Positions 42,201 to 52,526 of a DNA stretch of 64,000 bases are shown one piece after another. Both the position numbers and the translations under genes were made by a program. The stretch is from positions 23,196 to 87,195 of the forward strand of contig OZ246007.1 in the NCBI GenBank assembly GCA_965230515.1, given 5' to 3'. The notes beneath the pieces were generated by a model, which saw only the letters and a program-made list of their open reading frames with translations, searched no databases and was not told the origin of the DNA. The DNA is from Pseudomonadales bacterium (lineage in GTDB: Bacteria; Pseudomonadota; Gammaproteobacteria; Pseudomonadales; IMCC2047). How positions within the stretch are numbered: position 1 is the stretch's first letter; the number at the start of each line of letters is the position of its first letter.

Positions 42201-42841
42201 ATGAGTGCAAACAGCTTTACAATCGATTCAAAGGCGATGGCGACGATAATGCCCTCATGGTGCTCGGATGCATTGACGTAACGGGTACCGAATAAAATAC
42301 TGAATATCGCCATCAATAATGCGACTACCAGGCCCGTATCCGGTCCGTGATTTCCCCAGAAGAGTGCTGTGGAGATTCGTGCGTCGGAAGTAATTTCATT
42401 GGTTACCACCTGGTAACTGAGTGCCACCGCTTTCAGTTGAAGTGCGATGTAGGGAAGTGTGCCGGTAATGGCGATCAGAGCTACCAGAACCGCTAATAGT
42501 GGCGATTTGCTATAGCGGGACGAAATAAAATCTGAAATGGTGGTTATATTCTGTTCCTTACAAATGACCATCACCCGGCGTAGAAACGGATAACCAAACA
42601 GGAAGGTGATGATGGGGCCAACATAGATCGACAGGTAACTCCAACCGTGACTGGATGCTTTCCCGACAGCGCCATAATAGGTCCATGAGGTGCAGTAAAC
42701 CGCCAGAGAAAGGCTGAAAATCAGTGCGCGGTGAGGGAGGGGGCGACCATTTTTTACCCGGTTGTCGCTGTAATAAGCAATGCAAAAAAGCACGCCGATA
42801 TAAGCGAGAGAGCAGAGGATTAGCAGCCAGGGTTGCAGCAT
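39263..42841 (-). CDS. crbS: Hybrid sensor kinase CrbS/MxtR (SLC5 transporter-like, STAC, PAS, HisKA/HATPase, REC)
   Basis: SLAVYCTSWT, LPYIALQLK, LPRQFH; HDLMQPLNAA; DTGVGI, GVGLGL; C-terminal receiver domain. Confidence 0.9.
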   Translation of the reverse strand: MLQPWLLILCSLAYIGVLFCIAYYSDNRVKNGRPLPHRALIFSLSLAVYCTSWTYYGAVGKASSHGWSYLSIYVGPIITFLFGYPFLRRVMVICKEQNITTISDFISSRYSKSPLLAVLVALIAITGTLPYIALQLKAVALSYQVVTNEITSDARISTALFWGNHGPDTGLVVALLMAIFSILFGTRYVNASEHHEGIIVAIAFESIVKLFALIAVAVFAVYGIHGDWQSFVNAANRSPELVRLWFEPSLGEHFWNTDFITPTILAMMVIFCLPRQFHVTFVESTDSAHLKTARWLFPLYLLITCLIIIPITITGSQLFQGLPVNPDMFVLTLPMSEGSNLLTLAAFIGGFSAATSMVIVAVITLSTMVCNDIVMPGLFKISRLNLKERSDLTGLLLGIRRCAILAILLLGYIYYRYISEIATLASIGLISFVAAAQFAPAVIGGVYWKQGHRKGATLGLTAGFSIWLYTLLLPTLVDTGWLPEAFIEDGLWSISWLRPNALFGLDMFDPITHSLIWSLSINIWFYIYFSLNSTASLTDRIQAAHFTQTFLAQQPKPRLPWWSTAEVGELRLLAERYIGKASSQKAFAEYAREKGAELGPSEQADSELVRFTEHLLAGAIGASSARLVITSMLRKKKDVPIEDIVNIVDEASQAIQFNQDLLHTTIEHIDQGISVVDKNLQLVAWNTRYLELFDYPPGLIQVGRPIAEVIRYNAENGECGPGDIDAHVNKRLQFLSAGTPHSFQRYRDNGTVLEMHGNPMPGGGFVTSFSDITEHKKIQQELVEINENLEQRVNERTQELSVVNQELRAANASKTHFIAAVNHDLMQPLNAARLFTSSLLQQPDGDEKLVRRIAKSLQSAEEILNTLVDISKLDSGALKANIECFPVAEILETLCDEFSVIAEQRNIQFDTLPCSVTIESDPHLLRRILQNFLSNALRYTREGRVLIGCRRIQSGSENPKLLIQVWDTGVGIAESDISRMFKEFEQLDNQRGGHDKGVGLGLAIAKRISQILSHPISVQSQLGKGTVFSLEVPVSTNTNTSGDQEQSPSSQAAERRPLGASDLSNLNVLCIDNDPDVLDAMKALLDGWSCQVIAALCADDALSLLSQNTEIGIDIMLVDYHLDKGQTGIEAMQAVKQQLGTQIPGVLITADFSEEVKEQALEEGYRYLRKPVNPGALRSLISKISRQMQSRV

Positions 42842-42905
42842 AGTTAGTCCGCATTTGATGAGCCAGTGTCCGGCCATTGTATAGCAACTCGGTGATGCAA
42901 AAAAA

Positions 42906-42919
42906 TAGACGAAGGTCTA
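42906..42919. promoter_or_regulatory. CrbR/ErdR box (perfect palindrome) upstream of the symporter operon
   Basis: TAGAC-GAAG-GTCTA. Confidence 0.75.
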
Positions 42920-42997
42920 AGTGCCTGAAATTGGCTGCCTTGTTAAATTGCTACCGTCCCAGTATCCGATTAACCCGTGAAAATATGAGGTGCGGTA

Positions 42998-43264
42998 ATG
43001 ACCGATAAGAATAGTTCATCCAATGAAGCCTATTGGCGCGAGAATATCAGTCTCGTGTTAAAGCTTTTGGCCGTGTGGTTCCTGGTTTCCTTTGGTTGCG
43101 GCATTTTATTTGTCGATCAGTTAAATCAGATCCAGTTTTTTGGTTTTAAGCTGGGTTTCTGGTTCGCTCAACAAGGAGCCATTTATGTTTTCGTTGCTTT
43201 GATTTTTTTCTATGTAGCGAAAATGAACAAAATAGACCAAAAGCACGATGTGCATGAAGACTAG
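42998..43264 (+). CDS. DUF4212 small membrane partner of the solute symporter
   Basis: YW.ENI, GF.LGFWFAQQG. Confidence 0.9.
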   Translation: MTDKNSSSNEAYWRENISLVLKLLAVWFLVSFGCGILFVDQLNQIQFFGFKLGFWFAQQGAIYVFVALIFFYVAKMNKIDQKHDVHED

Positions 43265-43273
43265 GAGTCGATA

Positions 43274-44980
43274 ATGGATATTCAAACACTTACTTTTATT
43301 CTTATCGGCCTCAGCTTTGCGCTCTATATTGGCATTGCAATCTGGGCGCGTGCCGGGTCGACTAAAGAATTTTACGTGGCGGGCGGGGGAGTCCACCCGG
43401 TCGCTAACGGGATGGCGACTGCAGCGGACTGGATGTCAGCAGCTTCTTTTATCTCTATGGCCGGGCTTATCTCCTTTATGGGCTATGACGGGGCGGTTTA
43501 TCTGATGGGCTGGACAGGCGGCTACGTACTGCTGGCTTTATGTCTGGCACCTTACCTGCGTAAGTTTGGTAAATTTACGGTGCCGGATTTCGTGGGCGAC
43601 CGATATTATTCACAAACTGCCAGAACAGTTGCTGTGGTGTGCGCAATTTTTGTGTCATTCACCTATGTGGCAGGCCAGATGCGCGGCGTGGGCGTGGTGT
43701 TCTCCCGTTTCCTGGAGGTGGATATCACCATGGGCGTGATCATTGGTATGGCGATTGTGTTCTTTTACGCTGTGCTGGGAGGCATGAAAGGCATCACCTA
43801 TACTCAGGTTGCACAGTACTGTGTATTGATTTGTGCCTATCTGGTACCGGCGATCTTTATCTCTATCATGATGACCGGAAATGCGATTCCACAGCTGGGA
43901 TTTGGCAGTACCATGGCCGACGGGTCAGGTGTTCATTTGCTGGATAAGCTGGATGGCTTATCACAGGAGCTCGGCTTTACGGCCTATACATCGGGGACAA
44001 AGAGTACTATTGATGTGTTCTTTATTACTGCAGCCCTGATGGTTGGCACAGCAGGTTTGCCGCACGTAATTGTGCGTTTCTTCACTGTACCCAAAGTACG
44101 TGATGCCCGTAAGTCTGCGGGTTGGGCGCTACTGTTTATTGCTCTGCTTTATACCACTGCGCCTGCTGTTGCCACCTTTGCGCGTGTGAATATGATCAAC
44201 ACCATTAACGGTGAGGATATGCAGGGCACTTCCTATGAGACAGCCCCGAGCTGGATTAAAAACTGGGAACGAACCGGTTTGATCACGTGGGAAGATAAAA
44301 ACGATGACGGTAAGATGTTTTACGCCGCTGATGAACGTAATGAGATGAAGATTGACCGCGATATTATGGTGTTGGCCAATCCGGAAATTGCCAAGTTACC
44401 CAACTGGGTGATCGCGCTGGTGGCTGCAGGCGGTATTGCCGCGGCGTTGTCTACTTCCGCCGGATTGTTGCTGGTGATATCGACCTCCATTTCGCATGAT
44501 CTGCTTAAACGAAATCTGATGCCTCGAATAACCGATCGGCAGGAGCTGCTGTTTGCCCGTATAGCTGCTGCCGTTGGCATCTCGGTTGCGGGCTATCTCG
44601 GTATTCATCCACCAGGATTTGTGGCGCAGGTGGTCGCCTTCGCGTTCGGACTGGCTGCTTCCTCTTTCTTCCCGGCTATTATTCTGGGTATATTCTACAA
44701 GCGCATGAATAAAGAAGGAGCAATCAGTGGTATGTTAAGCGGTATCCTGTTTACTGCGGCCTATATCGTTTACTTTAAATTCATCAATCCTGCGGCGAAC
44801 ACTCCGGAAAACTGGCTGTTTGGAATATCGCCGGAAGGTATTGGTACCCTCGGTATGCTGTTGAACTTTGGTGTGGCGCTACTGGTCAACAAACTGACCA
44901 ACGATGCTCCAGCAGAGGTTCAGGAAATGGTTGAGGGTATTCGTTATCCTAAAGGAGCTGGAGTTGCACAGGCGCATTAA
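43274..44980 (+). CDS. Sodium:solute symporter (ActP-like acetate/monocarboxylate permease)
   Basis: [32 protein letters not shown]...RFFT. Confidence 0.93.
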   Translation: MDIQTLTFILIGLSFALYIGIAIWARAGSTKEFYVAGGGVHPVANGMATAADWMSAASFISMAGLISFMGYDGAVYLMGWTGGYVLLALCLAPYLRKFGKFTVPDFVGDRYYSQTARTVAVVCAIFVSFTYVAGQMRGVGVVFSRFLEVDITMGVIIGMAIVFFYAVLGGMKGITYTQVAQYCVLICAYLVPAIFISIMMTGNAIPQLGFGSTMADGSGVHLLDKLDGLSQELGFTAYTSGTKSTIDVFFITAALMVGTAGLPHVIVRFFTVPKVRDARKSAGWALLFIALLYTTAPAVATFARVNMINTINGEDMQGTSYETAPSWIKNWERTGLITWEDKNDDGKMFYAADERNEMKIDRDIMVLANPEIAKLPNWVIALVAAGGIAAALSTSAGLLLVISTSISHDLLKRNLMPRITDRQELLFARIAAAVGISVAGYLGIHPPGFVAQVVAFAFGLAASSFFPAIILGIFYKRMNKEGAISGMLSGILFTAAYIVYFKFINPAANTPENWLFGISPEGIGTLGMLLNFGVALLVNKLTNDAPAEVQEMVEGIRYPKGAGVAQAH

Positions 44981-45005
44981 GCGACTGATTATGGAGTCTT
45001 AACAG

Positions 45006-45039
45006 GGAATCTCCCTGTCCCTTTGGACAGGGAGATTCC
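45006..45039 (+). other. 15-bp perfect intercistronic hairpin
   Basis: GGAATCTCCCTGTCC-cttt-GGACAGGGAGATTCC with no U tract. Confidence 0.7.
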
Positions 45040-45079
45040 GACATTTCAGAAGTCATGCCAAGAAGAGAGGGTTGCTACA

Positions 45080-46939
45080 GTGACCATTAGCGTCGAAGTA
45101 CAGGAAATTAAGGATTACCTTGCTACCTGCGTACCTTTCGACCAGTTGCCGGAGGCGCTACTTTCAAAAGCGGCTCAGAATATTCAAATCAGTTATTATC
45201 GCAAGGGCTCCGAAGCGAGTGTTCTCGATTACCAGAAACCTCAACTGTATATCGTGCGTACCGGTGCTTTTGAAGTTCGAAGTGATACCGGAGAGTTGGT
45301 GGATCGAGTGGATGAGGGGGGCTATTTCGGTTACCCCTCACTGCTGACCGGTGACGCAATCAGCAACCAGGTCGCCGTACTAGAGGATGGTTTGCTGTAT
45401 CAGATTGACGAGGAGACCTTTAGCTACCTGCGAAGCCAGAGTCGTCCCTTTGAGCGTTTCTTTAATCAGGCACATGCGAAAAGACTGAAGCAGGCAGTGC
45501 TCACGCGCAATCTCGATCACCAATTAGCGCAGCGGGTGGTTGATGTCATCAGCCCCGGTGTGGTAACCATCGAACAGTCAGCTGATGTGGCAGATGCGGC
45601 GCGAATCATGACGGAACAGCGGGTGTCATCGATACTGGTAATGGATCGGGACAACCTGGTGGGGATTATTACAGATCGGGATATGCGTTCCAGAGTGCTG
45701 GCAGAAGGAAAAGGCAGTGATACTCCGGTCACCGAGATCATGACCGAAAACCCGATTACCGTATCGGTGAGCAATTTTGTATTCGAGGCCACGATGCTCA
45801 TGACAGGGCACAATATTCATTACCTGCCGGTCATGGAAGAACAGAATAATCAGGTCTATGGCGTCTTGTCCACGACAGACTTGGTGAAGGCTCAGAAGTC
45901 GGATCCGGTGTACCTGATCAGTGAAATCAGCCGACAGGAGGATATCGAAGGGCTCAAAGCGGTCAGCTGGGATATTGCCAAACTGCTTCAAAACCTGATT
46001 GAGGCAGACGCCCGCGCTGATGAAATCGGACGAATTATTACCTGTGTCAGTGACGCTTTTACCAAGCAGTTGATTCTGCAGGCCAAAGAAAAGCTCGGTG
46101 AGCCTCCGGTGCCTTTTGCCTGGCTGGCATTTGGCTCCCAGGGACGTCAGGATCAAACAGCGGTGTCTGATCAGGATAATGCGCTGCTGATAGACGATGC
46201 ATGTAAACCGGAGCATGAAGCCTATTTTTCTGATTTTGCGGAATACGTTTGTGCGGGACTGGACGCCTGTGGCTATGTATATTGCCCCGGGGAGATAATG
46301 GCCAAAACAGAACGTTGGCGGCAGCCCCTTCAGGTTTGGCAGGAGCGTTTTCAAAGCTGGATTAACGAACCTGACTCCGAGGCGTTGATGCATACCAGTA
46401 TCTTTTTTGATATGCGCTGCGTCGTCGGTGAGCAGTCGTTGTTTGACGCACTTCACAAAGTCATTTGCGAAGCTGCAAAAGACAATGACATCTTCCTGGC
46501 CTATCTGACTCAGAATGCATTAAAAACCACACCACCGCTGGGGTTCTTCAAAACCTTTGTACTGGAACGCGATGGTGAACATATCAATACGCTGGATCTT
46601 AAACACAGAGGTGTAGTTCCGATCGTCGATCTGGCAAGAGTCTATGCGCTGTCGGTGGGCATGGAGCGTATCAATACCACGGACAGGCTGCGGGCGTTGG
46701 CAAATGATCGTGTTATTACAAAAAAAGATGCTCGCAATCTGCTGGATGCCTATGAATTTATCTCTCACCAACGGTTGTTGCATCAGGGAGCCAAACTGGC
46801 TCGGGGCGAAAGACCTGATAACTACCTGATACCGGATGAAATGTCGGGATTGGTAAGACATCAGTTGAAGGATGCGTTTGAGGTAGTGAATCGCGCACAG
46901 TCAGCACTTCGTCTTAAGTTTACTCGCGGATTTCTCTGA
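45080..46939 (+). CDS. cNMP-binding / CBS / DUF294 nucleotidyltransferase-like protein
   Basis: N-terminal cNMP-like domain, CBS pair (GIITDRD.R), GSQGRQDQ...SDQDN NTase motif, DLKHRG; GTG 45080 start assumed. Confidence 0.9.
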   Translation: MTISVEVQEIKDYLATCVPFDQLPEALLSKAAQNIQISYYRKGSEASVLDYQKPQLYIVRTGAFEVRSDTGELVDRVDEGGYFGYPSLLTGDAISNQVAVLEDGLLYQIDEETFSYLRSQSRPFERFFNQAHAKRLKQAVLTRNLDHQLAQRVVDVISPGVVTIEQSADVADAARIMTEQRVSSILVMDRDNLVGIITDRDMRSRVLAEGKGSDTPVTEIMTENPITVSVSNFVFEATMLMTGHNIHYLPVMEEQNNQVYGVLSTTDLVKAQKSDPVYLISEISRQEDIEGLKAVSWDIAKLLQNLIEADARADEIGRIITCVSDAFTKQLILQAKEKLGEPPVPFAWLAFGSQGRQDQTAVSDQDNALLIDDACKPEHEAYFSDFAEYVCAGLDACGYVYCPGEIMAKTERWRQPLQVWQERFQSWINEPDSEALMHTSIFFDMRCVVGEQSLFDALHKVICEAAKDNDIFLAYLTQNALKTTPPLGFFKTFVLERDGEHINTLDLKHRGVVPIVDLARVYALSVGMERINTTDRLRALANDRVITKKDARNLLDAYEFISHQRLLHQGAKLARGERPDNYLIPDEMSGLVRHQLKDAFEVVNRAQSALRLKFTRGFL

Positions 46940-47616
46940 TGCTGGCCACGCTCAGACAGCAGTGGTATCGGCGAGAGGTGAAAAATACGCATGTCTACGC
47001 TTATCTCAAGACCCGGCTGCCAGACAAAAGTAGCGACTACAGGACGCTGGAGTTTCTTGCCGCTGACCTGGAACTGACGAGTCTGAATGCTCAAACGGGT
47101 GAAATCGTTTGCATTGCCTATGTTCCGGTTATTGAAGGTAAAGTGGTGATGTCTAAGGCAGAGCGCCTGATGATAAGAACCAGCGCCGGTGTTGGTGATA
47201 GTGCAACCATTCATGGCATACATGACCGGGAGTTAGAGAAGGCAGTACCACTTGAATACGGATTGCAGCGTTTTCTGGCGTGTTTGAGGGGCAGGGTATT
47301 GCTGCTGCATCACGCGCCGCTGGATATGAAGTTTCTTAATGCGGCCTTTAAATGCCTCTACGGTGCGCCACTTGTAGCCAGGGTCGTTGATACGCTCAAG
47401 CTAGAGATGAGTCGACTCTATGCGAGAGGGCACCATAGAGAACCGGACGCGTTGCGCTTATACCGCTGTCGGGAACGATACAACTTACCCGTCTATAAGG
47501 CACACGATGCATTATCTGATTCGGTCGCAACCGCTGAACTTTTTTTGGCGCAAGCCGAACACATTTCGGGTAATCAATTGCTCACATTAAAAACCCTGTT
47601 AAAAAAATCGGGGTGA
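46939..47616 (+). CDS. DEDDh 3'-5' exonuclease-family protein
   Basis: DLE, HAPLD..FL, HDALSD; start overlaps the DUF294 stop. Confidence 0.88.
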   Translation: MLATLRQQWYRREVKNTHVYAYLKTRLPDKSSDYRTLEFLAADLELTSLNAQTGEIVCIAYVPVIEGKVVMSKAERLMIRTSAGVGDSATIHGIHDRELEKAVPLEYGLQRFLACLRGRVLLLHHAPLDMKFLNAAFKCLYGAPLVARVVDTLKLEMSRLYARGHHREPDALRLYRCRERYNLPVYKAHDALSDSVATAELFLAQAEHISGNQLLTLKTLLKKSG

Positions 47617-47629
47617 ATGGAGGATTCTA

Positions 47630-49531
47630 ATGAACCAATATGCCGAACAATACAATCAATCAATTTCCGACCCAAAAGCTTTTTGGGGAGAGAAAGCGAA
47701 GGCGCTTTCATGGTTTAAATTTCCACAGCAGATTCTTGGTCAGGATGATAATGGCATCGATCGCTGGTTTCCCGATGGTGAGCTTAACACAGCGTATCTG
47801 GCACTGGATTACCATGTGGAACAGGGCCGGGGAGAACAGGCTGCGATTATCTATGATTCTCCTGTGACAAATAGAAAAGAGACCATCAGTTACTCTGATC
47901 TGACCCGTCGTGTTGCAGTTCTGGCAGGTGGACTGGTTAAGCTTGGTGTTGCCAAAGGCGATCGTGTCCTGATCTATATGCCGATGGTGCCCGAAGCTGC
48001 GGTGGCGATGTTGGCCTGCGCAAGGATTGGCGCAATTCATTCGGTCGTTTTTGGCGGGTTTGCCGCGCATGAATTGGCGGTACGCATAGATGATGCCCAG
48101 CCGAAGGTGGTGCTATCGGCTTCCTGTGGCATCGAGATGGACCGAGTGATTGAATATAAACCGTTATTAGATAAAGCGATCTCGGTTGCAGAGCATCCGC
48201 CTGCACACTGTGTCATTCTGCAACGAGAGCAATGTCCGGCGGAGCTGAAAGCAGGGCGCGATGTGGATTGGCGTGAGTTATGCGCGCTGGCAGAGCCAGC
48301 GGTATGCACACCGGTTAAAGCGACCGACCCTCTCTATATTCTTTATACATCGGGTACCACCGGAACGCCAAAGGGCATTGTTCGGGATAATGGCGGACAT
48401 GCGGTAGCCATGCACTACAGCATGTCGGCGATCTACAACATTCAGCCCGGCGAAGTGTTCTGGGCAGCTTCGGATGTCGGTTGGGTGGTTGGACATTCCT
48501 ATATTGTCTATGCCCCGTTGATCAGCGGATGCACAACCGTCCTGTATGAGGGCAAACCGGTACGCACACCGGATGCGGGGGCTTTCTGGCGAGTAATCTC
48601 TGAATACGGAGTAAAAGCCGTGTTTTCTGCACCAACTGCTTTTCGGGCGATTAAGAAAGAGGATCCAAACGCAGCGTTAGCGCAGCAGTATGATTTGTCC
48701 ACTTTAGAGGTGATTTACCTGGCGGGTGAACGTCTGGATCCACCTACCTACCATTGGTTGCAGGAAACATTCCAGGTGCCGGTGGTCGATCACTGGTGGC
48801 AGACGGAAACTGGCTGGGCGATTGCCGCTAATATGATGGGCGTTGAACCAAAACCGACCAAGCCGGGTTCGGCGACCTATCCGGTGCCGGGCTATCATGT
48901 GCAGATTCTGGATGATGACGGGCAACCGGTGGCAGCGGGGGTTCAGGGTAATATTGTGATCAAACGACCGATGCCGCCGGGTTGCCTGCCAACCGTGTGG
49001 CGGAATTTCGAGCGATTCCAGGCGGGTTATCTGGAGGAATTTCCGGGGTTCTATCTGTCAGGTGACGGCGGGTATCTGGATGATGAGGGATACCTCTTTG
49101 TCATGGGGCGTACTGACGATGTGATGAATGTTGCAGGGCACCGTTTTTCGACCGGACAAATAGAGGAGGTGGTTGCCTCACATTCGGGCGTGGCAGAATG
49201 TGCCGTAATTGGTATTCAGGATGATTTGAAGGGGCAGGTGCCGATTGCGCTGGTACTGCTGAAAGATGGCGAGACGATTGAGGAGGCCGCTCTGCAAGAG
49301 CAGGTAGTGGCATTGGTGCGCCGGGAGATCGGTGCCGTTGCCTGTCTGCAACAGGTGTATCGGGTTAAACGATTACCAAAAACGCGCTCTGGCAAGATTT
49401 TGAGGAAAGTGATTCGAAAGATCGCTGCGGGGGAGGCCTATACCGTTCCCTCTACGATTGATGATCCCGAGAGTTTACGTGAGATAGAGGCTCTGTTTCA
49501 GGTAAAAGGGCTGCTGAAGAACTCAGCGTAA
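47630..49531 (+). CDS. prpE: Propionyl-CoA synthetase
   Basis: [39 protein letters not shown]. Confidence 0.87.
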   Translation: MNQYAEQYNQSISDPKAFWGEKAKALSWFKFPQQILGQDDNGIDRWFPDGELNTAYLALDYHVEQGRGEQAAIIYDSPVTNRKETISYSDLTRRVAVLAGGLVKLGVAKGDRVLIYMPMVPEAAVAMLACARIGAIHSVVFGGFAAHELAVRIDDAQPKVVLSASCGIEMDRVIEYKPLLDKAISVAEHPPAHCVILQREQCPAELKAGRDVDWRELCALAEPAVCTPVKATDPLYILYTSGTTGTPKGIVRDNGGHAVAMHYSMSAIYNIQPGEVFWAASDVGWVVGHSYIVYAPLISGCTTVLYEGKPVRTPDAGAFWRVISEYGVKAVFSAPTAFRAIKKEDPNAALAQQYDLSTLEVIYLAGERLDPPTYHWLQETFQVPVVDHWWQTETGWAIAANMMGVEPKPTKPGSATYPVPGYHVQILDDDGQPVAAGVQGNIVIKRPMPPGCLPTVWRNFERFQAGYLEEFPGFYLSGDGGYLDDEGYLFVMGRTDDVMNVAGHRFSTGQIEEVVASHSGVAECAVIGIQDDLKGQVPIALVLLKDGETIEEAALQEQVVALVRREIGAVACLQQVYRVKRLPKTRSGKILRKVIRKIAAGEAYTVPSTIDDPESLREIEALFQVKGLLKNSA

Positions 49532-49644
49532 TCCAGAAGTGATTTTGCAGGCAAGGTTGCTCATATTGATGAGCGATTTCGGGATGGAATGGAAAAACCG
49601 GGTACGGTCTGTGCTTTAATTGCCTGTTAACAGACCCTCATGAG

Positions 49645-49676
49645 AAAAGCCCGAAGCAGGAAAACTTCGGGCTTTT
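49645..49676. terminator. Bidirectional terminator between prpE and acs
   Basis: AAAAGCCCGAAG-caggaaaa-CTTCGGGCTTTT. Confidence 0.85.
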
Positions 49677-49682
49677 GCTTTT

Positions 49683-51620
49683 TTACAGGGCTGGACGGTT
49701 GCTGATAATTTCCTGAACTACGGAGGGATCTGCCAGGGTGCTGATGTCGCCCAGATTATCCAGTTCATTGGCCGCCACTTTACGCAGGATTCGGCGCATG
49801 ATTTTTCCGGATCGTGTTTTCGGTAAGCCGGGAGACCACTGAATAACGTCTGGTTTGGCGATTGGCCCAATCTCCTGATTCACCATGCCAACCAGTTCCG
49901 CCTGCAATTGCGGTGATGGTTCACAATCATGCATCAGAGTGACATAGGCATAGATTCCCTGACCCTTGATGTCATGGGGAAAGCCTACCACCGCAGCTTC
50001 TGCAACCGCATCGTGGAGCACCAGAGCGCTTTCGATCTCGGCGGTACCCATGCGATGACCGGAGACGTTCAATACGTCGTCAACCCGGCCGGTTATCCAG
50101 TAATAACCGTCTTCATCACGTCGCGCACCATCGCCGGTAAAGTAGTACCCCGGGTAGGTTGAGAAATAGGTGTCAATCATACGCTGGTGATCACCATAAA
50201 CGCTGCGAATCTGGCTGGGCCACGAGCGTGAAATCACCAGATTGCCCTCACCGGGGCCCTCAATAATATTGCCATCGGTATCCAGTAGCTCTGGCTTCAC
50301 ACCAAAAAATGGGCGGGTTGCTGAACCGGGCTTGAGCTCTGTTGCGCCTGGTAGCGGTGTGATCATGACGGCTCCGGTTTCGGTTTGCCACCAGGTATCG
50401 ACAATAGGGCAGCGCTTTTCTCCGACAATCTGGTAATACCACTCCCAGGCTTCAGGGTTGATTGGCTCCCCGACGGTACCCAGCAGTTTTAAGGAGGAGC
50501 GGGCGGTGCGGGTGACATATTCGTCGCCGGCACCCATCAGCGCACGGATTGCAGTGGGTGCGGTATAAAAAATATTGACCTGGTGTTTATCAATCACCTG
50601 CCAGAACCGTGACGCATCAGGGTAGGTGGGCACACCCTCAAAAACCAGTGTTGTCGCGCCGTTGGCGAGCGGTCCGTAAACAATATAGGAGTGGCCTGTA
50701 ATCCAGCCTACATCAGCGGTACACCAGTAGATGTCACCTTCCTGATAGTCAAAAATGTACTTGTGAGTCATCGCTGATTGCAAGAGATAACCGGCAGTGG
50801 TGTGCAAGACGCCTTTTGGTTTTCCTGTTGATCCGGAAGTATAGAGTATAAAAAGCGGATCTTCTGCGTCCATTGGCTCAGGATCGCATTGATCACTCAC
50901 CTGAGTCATGGCTTCATGGAGCCAGAGATCACGCGCCTTATTCCACGCAACAGGGTTTCCCGTGCGCTTGACCACTACACATGTGGATACATTCGGGCAA
51001 TCTGACAGCGCTTTATCGGCATTGGCTTTCAACGGGATATTCTTGCCGCCCCGAACACTCTCGTCTGCGGTGATCAATGTGCGGCAATCGGAATTCAAAA
51101 TACGATCCTTCAGCGCTTCCGGAGAAAAACCGCCAAAAACCACCGAGTGGACTGCACCAATACGCGCACACGCCAGCATTGCGTAAGTCGCCTCCGGTAT
51201 CATCGGCATATAAATACAGACCCGGTCACCCTTTTGTACACCGCGTTGTTTAAGAACATTGGCAAAACGGCAAACCTGTTGGTAGAGCTCCTGGTAACTG
51301 ATATTTTTGGATTCATCAGGGTTGTCACTTTCCCAGATAATTGCGGTCTGGTCCGCGCGAGTGGCAAGATGCCGGTCTATACAGTTAACACTGACATTGA
51401 GCTTTCCACCGTCAAACCATGCTGTCTCCCCTTTTTCAAAGTTAAAGGTACATACGTTGCTCCAAGGATCTTGCCAGTCCAGAAATTGATTGGCCTGTTG
51501 TGCCCAAAAACTATCTGGATCCTGGATTGATGCCTGGTACATCTCCTTGTACTGTGATTCATTGATATGGGCAGTTCTCTGGAACTGCTCCGGGACAGGA
51601 TGGCTGGTGATTTCAAGCAT
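49683..51620 (-). CDS. acs: Acetyl-CoA synthetase
   Basis: [33 protein letters not shown]. Confidence 0.96.
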   Translation of the reverse strand: MLEITSHPVPEQFQRTAHINESQYKEMYQASIQDPDSFWAQQANQFLDWQDPWSNVCTFNFEKGETAWFDGGKLNVSVNCIDRHLATRADQTAIIWESDNPDESKNISYQELYQQVCRFANVLKQRGVQKGDRVCIYMPMIPEATYAMLACARIGAVHSVVFGGFSPEALKDRILNSDCRTLITADESVRGGKNIPLKANADKALSDCPNVSTCVVVKRTGNPVAWNKARDLWLHEAMTQVSDQCDPEPMDAEDPLFILYTSGSTGKPKGVLHTTAGYLLQSAMTHKYIFDYQEGDIYWCTADVGWITGHSYIVYGPLANGATTLVFEGVPTYPDASRFWQVIDKHQVNIFYTAPTAIRALMGAGDEYVTRTARSSLKLLGTVGEPINPEAWEWYYQIVGEKRCPIVDTWWQTETGAVMITPLPGATELKPGSATRPFFGVKPELLDTDGNIIEGPGEGNLVISRSWPSQIRSVYGDHQRMIDTYFSTYPGYYFTGDGARRDEDGYYWITGRVDDVLNVSGHRMGTAEIESALVLHDAVAEAAVVGFPHDIKGQGIYAYVTLMHDCEPSPQLQAELVGMVNQEIGPIAKPDVIQWSPGLPKTRSGKIMRRILRKVAANELDNLGDISTLADPSVVQEIISNRPAL

Positions 51621-51695
51621 ATTTGATCTCCTGATTGATTACCAAAACGGAGTTAATAAACAGTTAAGACTACAGGAGTCTTGACTAAAACAAAT

Positions 51696-51709
51696 TAGAC
51701 CTTGGTATA
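51696..51709. promoter_or_regulatory. CrbR/ErdR box upstream of acs
   Basis: TAGAC-CTTG-GTATA. Confidence 0.68.
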
Positions 51710-51909
51710 TTTTTCTGGCGGTATGGGGAGTAACGATTCAATTATTAGAGATTGTATTAATAATCAGATTTTTCTTGATGATTAAGACCCTGACAAGTTA
51801 CAGTTCTCAGGGTCTGATAGCATTAATAGGCTTTAGACAATCTGGTTCTGCAACAAAAAGGCATTTGATGTCTCTAAATGGAGATGGTGACAAACAGGAG
51901 GTAGCTGGC

Positions 51910-52515
51910 ATGCGTCGCATATTCAAGTCCGCAATACACCTATTCTTAGTATCCACGATGGTTTTTCCGCTATTTGTATTGGCATCAAGCGTAAGGCAGC
52001 TTGATATGGAGCAGGTCGTTGATGGTTCTAATCTGGTGATTGATGCGACAGTGGTCGGGGTAACTGCTGAACCCACAACAAGTGGAAGGGCAATTATGAC
52101 CAGGGTCACTTTTCAGGTTAACGAGGTAGTCAAAGGGGAGTGGGGAGATGATCAGATTAACCTGCGTTTTCTGGGTGGAAGCCTGGCTGGCCGGCAACTG
52201 AAAATTGATAATATGCAGATTCCCAGGCTCGGTGAGAGAGGGATCTACTTTGTACGTGATCCGAATAAGGTTTCCGTGCATCCGCTAAAGGGATGGAGTC
52301 AGGGGCATTTTATTGTCGATGAAAGCAGTTCCGGTGAGGACAGGATTAAAGCGGCAAACGGGCATTATCTGTTGGAGTTGCCTGGTGGAGCGTCAGGCAA
52401 CTCGAATACGACAAGCGTGTTGGGAGGAAGAGTAGCGAGTGGATTGAAGTTAAAAAGCCAATCTGATTCACAAGTGAGCGCACAACAGTTTAAAGACTGG
52501 ATCAAATCAAGGTAG
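51910..52515 (+). CDS. Secreted hypothetical protein, probable partner of the downstream metalloprotease
   Basis: Strong RBS CAGGAGG before ATG 51910; signal peptide; beta-rich (V.EVVKG, FLGG...G, GWSQGHF). Confidence 0.75.
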   Translation: MRRIFKSAIHLFLVSTMVFPLFVLASSVRQLDMEQVVDGSNLVIDATVVGVTAEPTTSGRAIMTRVTFQVNEVVKGEWGDDQINLRFLGGSLAGRQLKIDNMQIPRLGERGIYFVRDPNKVSVHPLKGWSQGHFIVDESSSGEDRIKAANGHYLLELPGGASGNSNTTSVLGGRVASGLKLKSQSDSQVSAQQFKDWIKSR

Positions 52516-52526
52516 GGAGACCAGGT

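Noticed and set aside
45626-46456. 276-aa antisense ORF
   Set aside because: It lies entirely opposite the DUF294 gene and has no motifs; a codon-bias shadow.
46939-47616. Replicative DNA polymerase III epsilon (dnaQ)
   Set aside because: It has the DEDDh fold, but the context and N-terminus fit the DUF294-associated family.
51889-51904. 9-nt complement (AACAGGAGG) between the candidate sRNA and the RBS of the protease partner gene
   Set aside because: SD-like matches of this length are expected by chance, and part of the seed lies in the sRNA hairpin.
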